A program made the position numbers and the translations under genes. Positions 26,993 through 36,717 of a DNA stretch of 63,109 bases are shown here, in pieces. The stretch is from assembly GCA_005882765.1 (NCBI GenBank), contig VBDV01000114.1, positions 1 to 63,109 on the forward strand. Reading direction: 5' to 3'. A model generated the notes under the pieces. It was not told the origin of the DNA. It ran no database searches and saw only the letters and a list, made by a program, of their open reading frames with translations. How positions within the stretch are numbered: position 1 is the first letter of the stretch; every line of letters begins with the position of its first letter. The DNA comes from Chloroflexota bacterium. GTDB lineage: Bacteria > Chloroflexota > Limnocylindria > P2-11E.

Positions 26993-28384
26993 ATGCGACC
27001 ACGGCCGATCGTCGTGTGGGTCTTGCTGGCGGGGGGTGCCGTGTCATGCGTGACGCCAACAGCGTTGCCTGACAACAGCACGACCGAGTCGACCCCGACC
27101 CAGGCTCCGAGGTCGCCGCCCGTGAAGCCCGCGACCAGCCAGACGCCGACAGTTGTCAAGTGGGCGGTTGATGCTCTTTCTGGATCTGCAGAGCCGTTCG
27201 CGTTCGAGCTTTTCTATGACGGGCCCGCAACTGCCCTTCGCATCATTGGACCGGACGGCGGTCTCGTCGTCAGCGTTCCTACCGCGGCACCTGCAGCCTT
27301 GGGCCAGGACACGTGTCTGGACCGCGTCCGGGCAAGTGGGCTGCACAACGCCGCGTGGATCGCCATCGAATCCGCGCTCGAGCGCAGTTTCGAGGACAAA
27401 GCATCGTCGTACCTGGTCATAGCCGGCCTCGCCAACGGCGATACCATCGCCCTCTCGCTCCAAGACAGCGGCTGTCGCAACGGCGTTACCGCACTCGCGA
27501 AGCAGGCGTCCCTTGCTTCGCCGACGCTAATTCCTTTCCCAACATCCGTTCGGATCGGCCCGACCGGAACGAATGCGCTCTGGGCGCTCGTGGCCGAGAC
27601 GCATCTCTTTCGCTCCCTCGATCGAGGCGACACGTGGGCGGAGCGACCCCTTCCCGCGCGGCCGCTCGTAAGTCCCGAAATCACGTTCATCGATGACCAC
27701 GAGGGCTGGCTGGATTTGATCGGCCCGGCAGGCACTCAATGCACCTTTCAGGGCGTCCTCCTGTTTCATACGGTCGACGCTGGGGCCGCATGGGAACAGA
27801 TCACGCCAAGCGGTCTCGACGCTCAATGCAAAGGCGGCCTCACGTTCGTCGACCGAGCCCGCGGCTACGTTTCGGGGCACGATCCAAACCACGCACCCGT
27901 GATCTACCGGACCGACGACGGTGGCAGAAGTTGGCTGGCATCGCGTCCGCTTCCCGATCCTCCGGGGTTTACGACGAGAGGTGCCGGGGTCACGCTCGGT
28001 GTGGGAGCGGTCCGCGACTTTGGCCCAACGCTTCTCGTCGAGGCGTTTGGACAGATCGGCGAGTTCGTACACGGCTATGTGTTCCGCTCAACAGATGGCG
28101 GAACGTCATGGCGTTTTGTGAGCGAGATCCCCAGAGAAGGCGCCTTCAGCTTTGTGACTGCTTCGCGGTGGCTTCAGATCGCGTTGCAGGATCGTTCCCA
28201 GGAGACGACGGATGCTGGAGCGGCCTGGCATCCGTTCGCCTCCGATTACTCCCAGGCAGCGGGCGTCGCGCCACTAGTGGTGTTCGCGAACGCAACCGTG
28301 GGATACGCGACCGTCCGGGGATCTACTCAACGGACTCTTGATGGCGGTGCGCATTGGACCGGTATCGGAACTCTCGCGCGATGA
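26993..28384 (+). CDS. BNR/Asp-box repeat (Ycf48/sialidase-like beta-propeller) lipoprotein
   Basis: Lipobox LLAGGAVSC. Six Asp-box-like motifs: SLDRGDTW, TVDAGAAW, TDDGGRSW, STDGGTSW, TTDAGAAW, TLDGGAHW. Confidence 0.7.
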   Translation: MRPRPIVVWVLLAGGAVSCVTPTALPDNSTTESTPTQAPRSPPVKPATSQTPTVVKWAVDALSGSAEPFAFELFYDGPATALRIIGPDGGLVVSVPTAAPAALGQDTCLDRVRASGLHNAAWIAIESALERSFEDKASSYLVIAGLANGDTIALSLQDSGCRNGVTALAKQASLASPTLIPFPTSVRIGPTGTNALWALVAETHLFRSLDRGDTWAERPLPARPLVSPEITFIDDHEGWLDLIGPAGTQCTFQGVLLFHTVDAGAAWEQITPSGLDAQCKGGLTFVDRARGYVSGHDPNHAPVIYRTDDGGRSWLASRPLPDPPGFTTRGAGVTLGVGAVRDFGPTLLVEAFGQIGEFVHGYVFRSTDGGTSWRFVSEIPREGAFSFVTASRWLQIALQDRSQETTDAGAAWHPFASDYSQAAGVAPLVVFANATVGYATVRGSTQRTLDGGAHWTGIGTLAR

Positions 28385-28629
28385 GTCGCGCGGTCGCCCT
28401 GACCCTCGTTCTATTGGGTGTGGCTGGGTTCGGTTCTCAGATGGGTGAGCCGCCTTCGTCGGCTTCGACGATTGTCTCCATTCCAGCGTCCGTCGGGTAC
28501 GTGCCGGCCGTTCAGAATCGCGCGTGCAACTCGGTGGCGGTCGACCTGCCGTCGAGGATCCCGCTATTCCCGGGCTCAACGTTTTTCCGATTGTGGGAAT
28601 GCCACCGACTCGTTGTCGGGAGGCTCTAG
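28381..28629 (+). CDS. Hypothetical small secreted protein (82 aa)
   Basis: ATGA overlap with the upstream gene. Signal-like N-terminus MSRAVALTLVLLGVAGFG. No homology was recognised. Confidence 0.4.
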   Translation: MSRAVALTLVLLGVAGFGSQMGEPPSSASTIVSIPASVGYVPAVQNRACNSVAVDLPSRIPLFPGSTFFRLWECHRLVVGRL

Positions 28630-28694
28630 ATAACACTGGTGGACGGTCGTCCAGTGCGCCCAGGCACACCGCGTGCTGGGTGGCGATCGCTCGG

Positions 28695-30536
28695 ATGAGG
28701 ACTCGGGTCGGCGGCGTGTTGGCGAGCGTCGCGCTCGTGGTGTGCGCCCTGACCCTCGGCGTTCCCGTGCGCGCGAGCCAACAATCGCTCACCGCTGCGC
28801 CGTGCACTTCGAGCGTCGGTCCCGGCATTCCTCCACCCGCGAGCGTTCCCTCGGGGACCCCGGGCTTCCACGCCGCCTGGTACGGACAGAGCGGATACAT
28901 GACGCTCTGTCCGGGCGATACCTCGACCGCTACCGTCGCCATGTACAACTCCGGATCGCGAGGATGGGTGAGCGGCGTGCCGGGCCAGGTCGCCTACCTC
29001 GGCACGTGGAACCCGAGCCCGGGTCAAGACCAGCCGAGCGTCTTCGGCGGGGATGGCACGGGCTCGCCGAACACGGGCTGGCCGCGCTACAACCGAGTCG
29101 GGGTGCAGCCTGCCGCTTATGTGGGGCCGAACCAGATCGCCTGGTTCCAGTTCGCGGTGCGCGCGCCGACGACACCGGGCACATATCGCTTCTACATCCG
29201 CCCGCTGATCGAGGGCGCGCAGTGGATGGAGGACTACGGGATCTTCTGGCAGATCACCGTGCCGGACACGATCCCGCCCTCGATCTCGCGTGCCATAACC
29301 GTGAGCGCGTCATCCGTGCTCGTGAGCTTCAGCGAAGCCATGAAGTGTTCGACGGACGGGTCGACCGCGAGCATCGCAACCGGCACGAACTATGCGATCG
29401 CAACCTCCACCGGGAGCGCGGTTGCCGAAACGATCACCGCCACGCCAAATCCCTCATGCACGCAGGCATCCCTCGCGCTGAGCAATCCGCTGACCGTCGG
29501 TGCTCAGTACATGGTCACCGCGAGCAACGTGCAGGACGCGGCGAACAACACCATCAGCGCATCGGGCCAGTCGGCGACGTTCACCGTCGTCGTTGGCGAG
29601 ATCTACGGCCTCATCACCCGGCGCGTGCCAGACCTCATCGTCCGCTCAGAGAACGACCCGCGGAGTCTGGGCACCGTACCGACCTTCGTCCTCGACTCCG
29701 AACACCGGCGGATCGCATTCTGGACGACCGTTGGCAGCGTCTCAGAGCTCCACGTGCGTGACGTGCTCGGCGGCAACGACCGGGTTGTCGGGCGGCTGCC
29801 GGAAGGGCTTCTAACGGGCGGGATCATGTGGGCGAGCGACGACGGCGGCTTCGTCGTCACCGCGAGCGCCCAAAGTGAGACGGCGGGACCGATGTCCGTT
29901 CTGTTTACGATCGACCTCGCCACCGGCGTTTTCCGCGAGCGCTACCGGAGACCTCTGAACGGACCGGTGCTGATTCCGCTCGGCTGGCAACGCTCCAGCG
30001 ACCTCGCTGCCGCGTTCGAGACAGGGCCTGGTGGCTACAACTTCGGCTACACAGTGGTGCGCGGAAGCGCCGCCGCCCAGCGCTACGACACGCCCTTCGA
30101 GATCACCGGGATGGAGATGTCCCCGGATGGGAGCCACGTCCTCGGCACCTGGATCTTCGAGGATGCCGTGAAGGTCTGGCCGACGGACGACTTCGACTCG
30201 AAGACGACCCTCGCGTCTCCTCCGAACAAGATCGCGACGGCGCACTGGTGGCCACGCTCGTCCGAGATCGTTTACATGATCGGCGCGGTGAACGGGCAGT
30301 TCCACAACAAACGCGTCGAGCGCTGGGATCCCGCGACGGGGCGCCGCACGGTCCTGTTCGCGGTGGCGGACGGCGGGTCGCTCGGCGGTCAGCTCACGCG
30401 GCCGGACGGCACGGGGGTGATCGTTCCGCGGTCGGGCGTCACGGATACGTGGGAGCTGCACGAGCTCGCCACTGGGACGGTCACGATCATCGAGCCCGCG
30501 AGCGAAGGCTTCCTCGCCACCGTGACGCTTCGCTAG
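28695..30536 (+). CDS. Large secreted protein: NBR1/Ig-like N-terminal domain, SbsA-type Ig-like domain, and a C-terminal beta-propeller-like region
   Basis: The start was trimmed to the ATG at 28695, giving the signal peptide MRTRVGGVLASVALVVCALTLGVPVRA. WFQFAVRAPTTPGTYRFYIRP is NBR1-like, and PDTIPPSISRAITVSASSVLVSFSEAM is Ig-like. Confidence 0.65.
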   Translation: MRTRVGGVLASVALVVCALTLGVPVRASQQSLTAAPCTSSVGPGIPPPASVPSGTPGFHAAWYGQSGYMTLCPGDTSTATVAMYNSGSRGWVSGVPGQVAYLGTWNPSPGQDQPSVFGGDGTGSPNTGWPRYNRVGVQPAAYVGPNQIAWFQFAVRAPTTPGTYRFYIRPLIEGAQWMEDYGIFWQITVPDTIPPSISRAITVSASSVLVSFSEAMKCSTDGSTASIATGTNYAIATSTGSAVAETITATPNPSCTQASLALSNPLTVGAQYMVTASNVQDAANNTISASGQSATFTVVVGEIYGLITRRVPDLIVRSENDPRSLGTVPTFVLDSEHRRIAFWTTVGSVSELHVRDVLGGNDRVVGRLPEGLLTGGIMWASDDGGFVVTASAQSETAGPMSVLFTIDLATGVFRERYRRPLNGPVLIPLGWQRSSDLAAAFETGPGGYNFGYTVVRGSAAAQRYDTPFEITGMEMSPDGSHVLGTWIFEDAVKVWPTDDFDSKTTLASPPNKIATAHWWPRSSEIVYMIGAVNGQFHNKRVERWDPATGRRTVLFAVADGGSLGGQLTRPDGTGVIVPRSGVTDTWELHELATGTVTIIEPASEGFLATVTLR

Positions 30537-30589
30537 TCCAAAACCGGCTGGGCCACTCCCCTTCGAAAGATTGGTTAGGCTTTTCCCAA

Positions 30590-31507
30590 ATGCTCTTTCA
30601 CTTCGTCGAACGCAAATGGTGGTACTTCCTCTTCTCGGCGCTGCTGATCGTGCCGGGTGTGTTCTTCCTCGCGATCGGCGGCCTGCGGCCCGGCATCGAG
30701 TTCAAGGGCGGCACGCTCCTCGAGATCTCTTTCGCCACGCGACCTGAGGACACCGCGGTGCAGTCATTCTTCAGCGCGCACGGCCATGCCGAGGCGACAG
30801 TGCAAGGTGTGGCGGGTGGCGGCGTCGAGGTCCGTACCACGGAGATGCTCCCGTCGGAGCTGACGACGACTGAGCAGGACCTGAAGGCGACTTTCGGCCC
30901 CGATACGAAAATTACGAACTCGTCGGTCGTGAGCCCGTCGTTCTCGGTCGAGCTGATCCAGAACGCGATCAAGTCGATCGCTCTGGCGAGCCTCCTCATC
31001 GTGCTGCTCATCGCGTGGGCTTTCCGGAATTTCGGGTGGGCCGCGTTCCGCTACGGCATCGCGGCCATCGTCGCCCTTCTCCATGACGCGGCGGTCGTGC
31101 TCGGCATCTTCGCGATCCTCGGCTTCTTCCTCAAGGTCGAGGTCGACAGCCTCTTCGTGACCGCGGTACTCACGATCATCGGCTTCTCGGTCCACGACAC
31201 GATCGTGGTCTTCGACCGCATCCGCGAGAACCTCCGTTTGAATCCAGGCGAGGCGCTCAACCCGGTGATCAATTACTCGATCATGCAGACGCTCGCGCGA
31301 TCCGTGATCACCTCGTTGACCGTCGTGTTCACGCTGCTCGCGCTCTTCCTCTTCGGCGGGTTCTCGGTCCGCAACTTCGCGCTGGCACTCCTCATCGGCA
31401 TCATCTCCGGGACCTACTCGTCGATCTTCAACGCGAGCCAGATCATCTCGCTCTGGCAGGAGATCGAAGACCGCGTCCGCCACCGCCGCCTCGCGGCCGC
31501 GACTTAG
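30590..31507 (+). CDS. secF: Protein translocase subunit SecF
   Basis: The start was trimmed to the ATG at 30590 (MLFHFVERKWWYFLFS...GIEFKGGT). C-terminal GFSVHDTIVVFDRIREN. The upstream extension overlaps the previous gene. Confidence 0.9.
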   Translation: MLFHFVERKWWYFLFSALLIVPGVFFLAIGGLRPGIEFKGGTLLEISFATRPEDTAVQSFFSAHGHAEATVQGVAGGGVEVRTTEMLPSELTTTEQDLKATFGPDTKITNSSVVSPSFSVELIQNAIKSIALASLLIVLLIAWAFRNFGWAAFRYGIAAIVALLHDAAVVLGIFAILGFFLKVEVDSLFVTAVLTIIGFSVHDTIVVFDRIRENLRLNPGEALNPVINYSIMQTLARSVITSLTVVFTLLALFLFGGFSVRNFALALLIGIISGTYSSIFNASQIISLWQEIEDRVRHRRLAAAT

Positions 31508-31522
31508 GTAGAGTCGCCGCGA

Positions 31523-32662
31523 ATGCGGCGACGGGTCGCGCTCGCCCTCTTGGTCGTCGCGATCGCGATCCTCTGGCGTCCCCTCATTCGGCCAGTCGGA
31601 TCGGGCGCGATCCTCGTCGCCGACATCTACTCGAGCGCGCTCTGGGATCGGAACGTCGCCGCGTACGTGACGCCGCTTCCGCAGGTGACCGGAACGCGGG
31701 AATCATTCGGGGGCATCGAGATGCGGGTGACGTGGTGGCGGCCGGGCTGGGGCGACCGTCATCCGGCTTTGATGATGGTGAACGGGGCCACGGCGCTCGG
31801 GAACGACGATCCCGAGACCATGCGGCTCGCCGAAGCGCTCGCGCGGGCGGGGTACCTCGTGATGCTGCCCGAGTTCCCGTTCATCCAGGAAGGCAATCTC
31901 GAACCCCGTGCGCCCGCGATCATTGACGCGGCCTTCGCGAGATTGCAGGCCGTGCCGGATGCGCGCGAGATGCCGGTCGGTGCGTTTGGATTCTCGGTAG
32001 GCGGGGGGATGCTGCTTGCCGCGGCAGGCCAGGACGAGGGGCTCAGACGAGCTGCGTACGTCGGCGCGCTCGGGGCGTACTACGACATCGACACGTACCT
32101 CGCGAGCGTGGTCACGAGGACGCAGCTCGTAGACGGCCTGCCGGCGCTGTGGGATCCGGACGAGGTGGTACGCCTTCGGTTGCCGCTCGCCGCTGCGGCC
32201 GTGGTCACCGATCCGCACGACCGCACGCTCCTGGAGGAAGAGCTCCGGGCTCACGATGGGCGAACCGAAAGCGATCCGCCGGTCCAGATCGGTACCGAAG
32301 CGGGATCTCTCTGGCGCGCGCTCGGGGCTGACGACTACGACGTGGCGCTCGCTCGTCTTCGTGGGCTGCCGCCGGCGATGAGGAAGGTATTCGATGACCT
32401 TTCGCCTCGCTCGAGCTGGGCCGACATTCGCGCACCGGTGTTCTGGCTGCATGACGTCGGCGATCGCTTCGAGCCGGTGAGCGAAGCCGAGACCGCGGCC
32501 GCGACCCCGCATGACGGACCGACACACTTCCAACGGACGGCGCTTCTCTCGCACGCCGCGGCCCTGGGCGCGGGCGCGAAGGAAAAGGGTCTCGACTTCT
32601 GGGCGACCGAACTGAGCGGGCTCTTAGTCTTCGCAGCGGGAGCGCTCGGAGCCGGCGGATGA
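31523..32662 (+). CDS. Membrane-anchored alpha/beta hydrolase-like protein
   Basis: N-terminal TM helix, nucleophile-elbow-like GFSVGGG, and a later HDVGDRF. Confidence 0.55.
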   Translation: MRRRVALALLVVAIAILWRPLIRPVGSGAILVADIYSSALWDRNVAAYVTPLPQVTGTRESFGGIEMRVTWWRPGWGDRHPALMMVNGATALGNDDPETMRLAEALARAGYLVMLPEFPFIQEGNLEPRAPAIIDAAFARLQAVPDAREMPVGAFGFSVGGGMLLAAAGQDEGLRRAAYVGALGAYYDIDTYLASVVTRTQLVDGLPALWDPDEVVRLRLPLAAAAVVTDPHDRTLLEEELRAHDGRTESDPPVQIGTEAGSLWRALGADDYDVALARLRGLPPAMRKVFDDLSPRSSWADIRAPVFWLHDVGDRFEPVSEAETAAATPHDGPTHFQRTALLSHAAALGAGAKEKGLDFWATELSGLLVFAAGALGAGG

Positions 32663-32698
32663 GGCCAAAAGTGCGCTTACCGCGCGCGTAGACTCTCA

Positions 32699-33124
32699 AT
32701 GGTGGGGCTCAGACGGCTGATCGCAGGGTCAGCGGGAACGTTGCTGGTCGGCATGTTCGCCGGCTTCGTCCTCGCCTCCGCCGTCGGCGTCTTCATCCAG
32801 GACAGCGGCCTCTTCGGAGCAAGCGGCGAATCGCCCATCGCGCGGGCATACATGCTCGGGCTTCTCCAGCGCGACCCCAATTCGATCGTCGGCATTCGCC
32901 CGAATCAAAGCATCGCGCAGCGCGCCGCGGAGCTCCAGGGCGCGGACACCAGCCGGACGACAGCGTCGATCCAACCGCTCTCGCTGACCTACATCGGCGG
33001 CGCGGGCGTCGGCAGCTACTCGGTGCACATCTACGCCGTCGGTCTCCGCACCGCACAGGGCGTCGACCAGTTCTTCCCGCTCGCGCTCACGGTCTCGGGT
33101 GGCAAGGTCGTTCGCAGTGAATGA
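32699..33124 (+). CDS. Hypothetical single-pass membrane protein
   Basis: An N-terminal TM helix followed by a domain of about 100 aa. The architecture resembles the next gene. Confidence 0.5.
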   Translation: MVGLRRLIAGSAGTLLVGMFAGFVLASAVGVFIQDSGLFGASGESPIARAYMLGLLQRDPNSIVGIRPNQSIAQRAAELQGADTSRTTASIQPLSLTYIGGAGVGSYSVHIYAVGLRTAQGVDQFFPLALTVSGGKVVRSE

Positions 33125-33134
33125 AGCGCGGGCG

Positions 33135-33518
33135 ATGGCGACGCTTGCGCTCTTCGCCGTCGGGATCCTCGGGGGCGTGGTCGTGCATGCGGTCCTCGAC
33201 AGGGGGCCCGCCGAGAATCCCTACCCGGCCCTTCCGAAGGTTGACGAGCCGCGCGCCGCGCACGACGTCGTCGCGGCGGTCGGCTCCGACGACGCGCAGG
33301 CGCTCTCGCGGATGTTGGACTCGACGATGCTCACCGATCTCGATACCGCCCTTCAGCCCATCGTCGACGTGCGCACCACGAAGTTCGTCGGGGCCGTCGA
33401 GAGCGAGGGTCGGCTCCTTTCCGCGTACGTCGTGACCGGCAAGACCACGGAAGGGATTGATTTCGTCGTGGGATTCGTACTACGAGTGTCGAATGATCAG
33501 GTGGTAGGTGTGAATTGA
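33135..33518 (+). CDS. Hypothetical single-pass membrane protein (possible distant paralog of the preceding gene)
   Basis: MATLALFAVGILGGVVVHAV TM helix. Alternative starts lie at 33099 and 33117. The stop overlaps the ftsH-like TTG (TTGA). Confidence 0.5.
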   Translation: MATLALFAVGILGGVVVHAVLDRGPAENPYPALPKVDEPRAAHDVVAAVGSDDAQALSRMLDSTMLTDLDTALQPIVDVRTTKFVGAVESEGRLLSAYVVTGKTTEGIDFVVGFVLRVSNDQVVGVN

Positions 33519-35419
33519 CCGCTCGAGGAATTCTGACGACGACTGCGTTCGTGCTCGAGCACAACAAACGGCGCCTGCTGATCCTTCTGGGGATCGCCGC
33601 GCTGGTCCTCTTCTTCTACGGCATCCGCAGCGTGTTCGAAGGTCTCGCGGCGCTCGTCGGCCAGATGCCCGGGCTCCTCATCACGCTGGTCTTCTATGCG
33701 TTCGCGTTCATCGCTCAGTTCGGTGCGCTGATGTGGTTCCTCTCGCGTCCGCGCACCTACACCGTGACTCCGGATGACCCGCAGATCGGCCTAAGCTTCA
33801 ACGACTACCGCGGCCAACCTGATCTCGTCGATCACGCCAAGACGCTCGTCCGGATCCTTGGCGGAGTAGAGCGATTCAAGCAGGCAGGCGGGGAGATGCC
33901 AAAAGGCATGCTTCTCTCCGGTCAGCCCGGAACGGGAAAGACGTTCCTCGCGGGCGTGATCGCGGCTGAAGCTCGCCTACCCTTTATTTACATCGACGCA
34001 TCCAGCCTGCGCAGCATGTGGATGGGTGTCGATGCACTCGTCATCATTTCGCTCTTCCGGAAGGCGCGCGGTCTCGCCCGCAAATTCGCCAAGGCGGGCA
34101 CGCCCGGGTGCTGCATCCTTTTCATGGACGAGATCGATTCAATCGGAATGTCTCGAGGCGGCGTGCAGGGTGGACAGCAACAGGGCGGCATGGGGCCGAT
34201 GGGAATGTTCGGGGGCATGGGCATGAGTCTCAACACCCTCCTGAACCAGATGGACTCGCTGAATGCGCACGTCGAGGACCGCTTCAAGGTGCGGATGGCG
34301 CGCTGGCTCGGCCTCGTCCGAGGTCCGGTTCCGCCGAAGCCCCTCGTCTTCGTAATCGGCGCGACCAACCGACCCGACACGCTCGACATCGCGCTGACCC
34401 GTCCCGGGCGTCTCGACCGTTCGCTGATCGTCTACCCGCCGGACGGCGAGGGACGGAAGGACATCCTCCAGCACTACCTCGCTCAGAAGGCGCACGACGA
34501 AACGACCGACGTCGACATGATGGCCCAGGACTCGATCGGATGGACCCCGATCCACATCAAGACGATCATCAACGAGGCGCTGATCGTGGCGCATGAGGAC
34601 GGACGCGACAAGTTGAGTTACAAGGACTGGCTCTCTGCCGCGGATATGCGCTTCATCGGTCTGAAGCAGCCCATTCACAAGATGAGCGCGGAAGACAAAC
34701 GCGCGGTCGCATACCACGAGGCCGGTCACGCGGTGGCGAACTACTACCTACGCCCTGAGGACCGCATGAAGAAGGCTTCGATCATCCGGCGCGGGGAAAC
34801 GCTTGGCGTGGTGTCGAGCTCGGAACGTGAGGAACGGCATCAGGTCCACGCGCGCCAATACGAGACAGACATCATGGTGTCGCTCGGGTCGCGCGCGGTG
34901 GAAGAACTCATCCTGGGTACAAAGCTCCAGGGGGCGAGCTCGGATCTACAGCAGGCGACGAGGGCGGCTCTAACGTACGTGGCAAGGCTCGGCATGGGCT
35001 CGACCCTCATGGTCGCACCGGCGAACGCGGTGGGGGGTTACCCCGAGACCGTGCTCATCATGGTCGACAACATGCTCCAGCAGCTTTTCGAGGAGACGAA
35101 ACGGCTGATGAAAGAGAAGGAGTACGCGGTCCATGCGGTCGCGGGCGCTCTCATGCAGCGCGAGGAGCTGATCGGAGCGGAGCTCGACGAGATCTTCAAA
35201 TACGCTGAGGAGGCCAACCCTGAGAAGGCCTCGCCGTTCGTCCGCAAGCCACTCGTGCTTCCGACAATCGAGCAGCTCATGAAGAACGGGGCCAACGGCC
35301 ACGCCCCCGGCATGACTATCCCGCTCGTCTCAGCGGAGCCTGGCGTTCCCGGACAACCGCCAGGGCCCGGTCCGTTGCCGCCGATACCTGTGCCCCCGCA
35401 CCCGGAGACGTTGACCTAG
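33515..35419 (+). CDS. FtsH-like membrane AAA+ zinc metalloprotease (divergent)
   Basis: Walker A GQPGTGKTF, Walker B ILFMDEIDS, SRH TNRPDTLDIALTRPGRLDR, and zinc site HEAGHAV. It also has an atypical pore-loop region, a Gly/Gln/Met-rich insert and a Pro-rich tail. Confidence 0.8.
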   Translation: MTARGILTTTAFVLEHNKRRLLILLGIAALVLFFYGIRSVFEGLAALVGQMPGLLITLVFYAFAFIAQFGALMWFLSRPRTYTVTPDDPQIGLSFNDYRGQPDLVDHAKTLVRILGGVERFKQAGGEMPKGMLLSGQPGTGKTFLAGVIAAEARLPFIYIDASSLRSMWMGVDALVIISLFRKARGLARKFAKAGTPGCCILFMDEIDSIGMSRGGVQGGQQQGGMGPMGMFGGMGMSLNTLLNQMDSLNAHVEDRFKVRMARWLGLVRGPVPPKPLVFVIGATNRPDTLDIALTRPGRLDRSLIVYPPDGEGRKDILQHYLAQKAHDETTDVDMMAQDSIGWTPIHIKTIINEALIVAHEDGRDKLSYKDWLSAADMRFIGLKQPIHKMSAEDKRAVAYHEAGHAVANYYLRPEDRMKKASIIRRGETLGVVSSSEREERHQVHARQYETDIMVSLGSRAVEELILGTKLQGASSDLQQATRAALTYVARLGMGSTLMVAPANAVGGYPETVLIMVDNMLQQLFEETKRLMKEKEYAVHAVAGALMQREELIGAELDEIFKYAEEANPEKASPFVRKPLVLPTIEQLMKNGANGHAPGMTIPLVSAEPGVPGQPPGPGPLPPIPVPPHPETLT

Positions 35420-36717
35420 GGCCAGGCCTGCGCGAGCTGCGCGAGGGTGACGAAGCGGACCGGGCCTTTGTCCTGGTCGTAGCGAAGGGGCGTGAGCGCC
35501 TCGAAGAGCGCGGTGATGGCGGCGCGCTCGGTCGCGTCGATCGTTCCGGGGTGACTCACGATCGTGATCGCGCGGCGCGTGGTCGCGATCTCGCCCGCCG
35601 GCGCGAGGTATGAGAGATCCGCGCGGATGATCGGCTGGATCGTCCGCACGTCGAACGCGTAGGTGTTCCCGCCGATCGTCGGGGCCTCGAGGAGCCGGAG
35701 GTCGCCGGACTTGTTCGCGTCGGTCGCTGACGGCCGGTACGGCTGCGCGTCCGCGGCGAGCGTCCAGGGGTAGGGGAGCCGGCCGAACACGCCCGCCGGG
35801 ACGGCGCTCGCGTCCGCGACGAACCCGAGCGCCGCAAGCGTCCGGAGCGTCGCGTCGTTCGCGAACTGGCCTCCGGCGCGGAACGTCGTCGGTCGCGCCA
35901 GACCACGTTCGGCCATGAGCCGCAGCGAATACTCAAGGAGCGCGCGCTGGTCCGCCTCGGGATAGGCTGTGATCGGAACGTCGTACCCGTCGCTGCGGCC
36001 GGCCCAGTTCGGTGCGGTCCGCGGCACGAGCCCCGCTGCGCGCACGAAATCGGTCCACATGTGCACGTGCAGCGAAAGTTCGTCGCCGTTCGCCACCCGC
36101 GCTTTCGTCCAAGAGAGCATCGCGTCGGCACGGGCCGCTGAGACCTGCGTGGTCGTCCACACCCGCGGGTTCCACATGATCGTCATCGGGATCTCCTGCT
36201 CGTCCGCGATCGCGGCGGTGTTCGCGAGCGCTTGGTCGCTGGATGCATCGCCCTCGAAGTCGAGGGTCCACACGACGTACTCGGGCTCGCTGATCACGAT
36301 CTCCTTCGTCGCGACGACGGTCTCGCCGCTCGCGAGCCGCTCGACCACCTCGATCGCGTAGCCACCTGGCGCGATCCCATGCAGATCGAGCGTGGTGCCC
36401 CAGAGGTTGCCGTTGCCGGAAGGAGCGAGTGGGCTCTCGACACCGGTCTGACGGATGCGCACGCTCGGCGCGGCCGCAGCCGGGTCGGAATCGAACGTCA
36501 GGCGCATCGTTGCCGCGGACGGCGCACGTGGGTCGGGAACGAGGTACCAGCGCCGCATGGTCGGGTCGATCACTACCCCGATAGCGCTTGCCGGTCGCGA
36601 AGCTGCAGCGGTCGCGGTCGGCGCGGGCGCGGTCGGCGTCGGATTGGTCGCGGCAGGCGTGCACGAGGCCACGGCGAGCGCGATGGTGAACACCCGTGCG
36701 AGATACTTGAAGGGCAA
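35416..36717 (-). CDS. Hypothetical lipoprotein, possibly with a polysaccharide-deacetylase-like fold
   Basis: A TTG start gives MPFKYLARVFTIALAVASC (lipobox). Pattern WTLDFEGD...HVHMW...FRAGG. The functional assignment is weak. Confidence 0.5.
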   Translation of the reverse strand: MPFKYLARVFTIALAVASCTPAATNPTPTAPAPTATAAASRPASAIGVVIDPTMRRWYLVPDPRAPSAATMRLTFDSDPAAAAPSVRIRQTGVESPLAPSGNGNLWGTTLDLHGIAPGGYAIEVVERLASGETVVATKEIVISEPEYVVWTLDFEGDASSDQALANTAAIADEQEIPMTIMWNPRVWTTTQVSAARADAMLSWTKARVANGDELSLHVHMWTDFVRAAGLVPRTAPNWAGRSDGYDVPITAYPEADQRALLEYSLRLMAERGLARPTTFRAGGQFANDATLRTLAALGFVADASAVPAGVFGRLPYPWTLAADAQPYRPSATDANKSGDLRLLEAPTIGGNTYAFDVRTIQPIIRADLSYLAPAGEIATTRRAITIVSHPGTIDATERAAITALFEALTPLRYDQDKGPVRFVTLAQLAQAWP

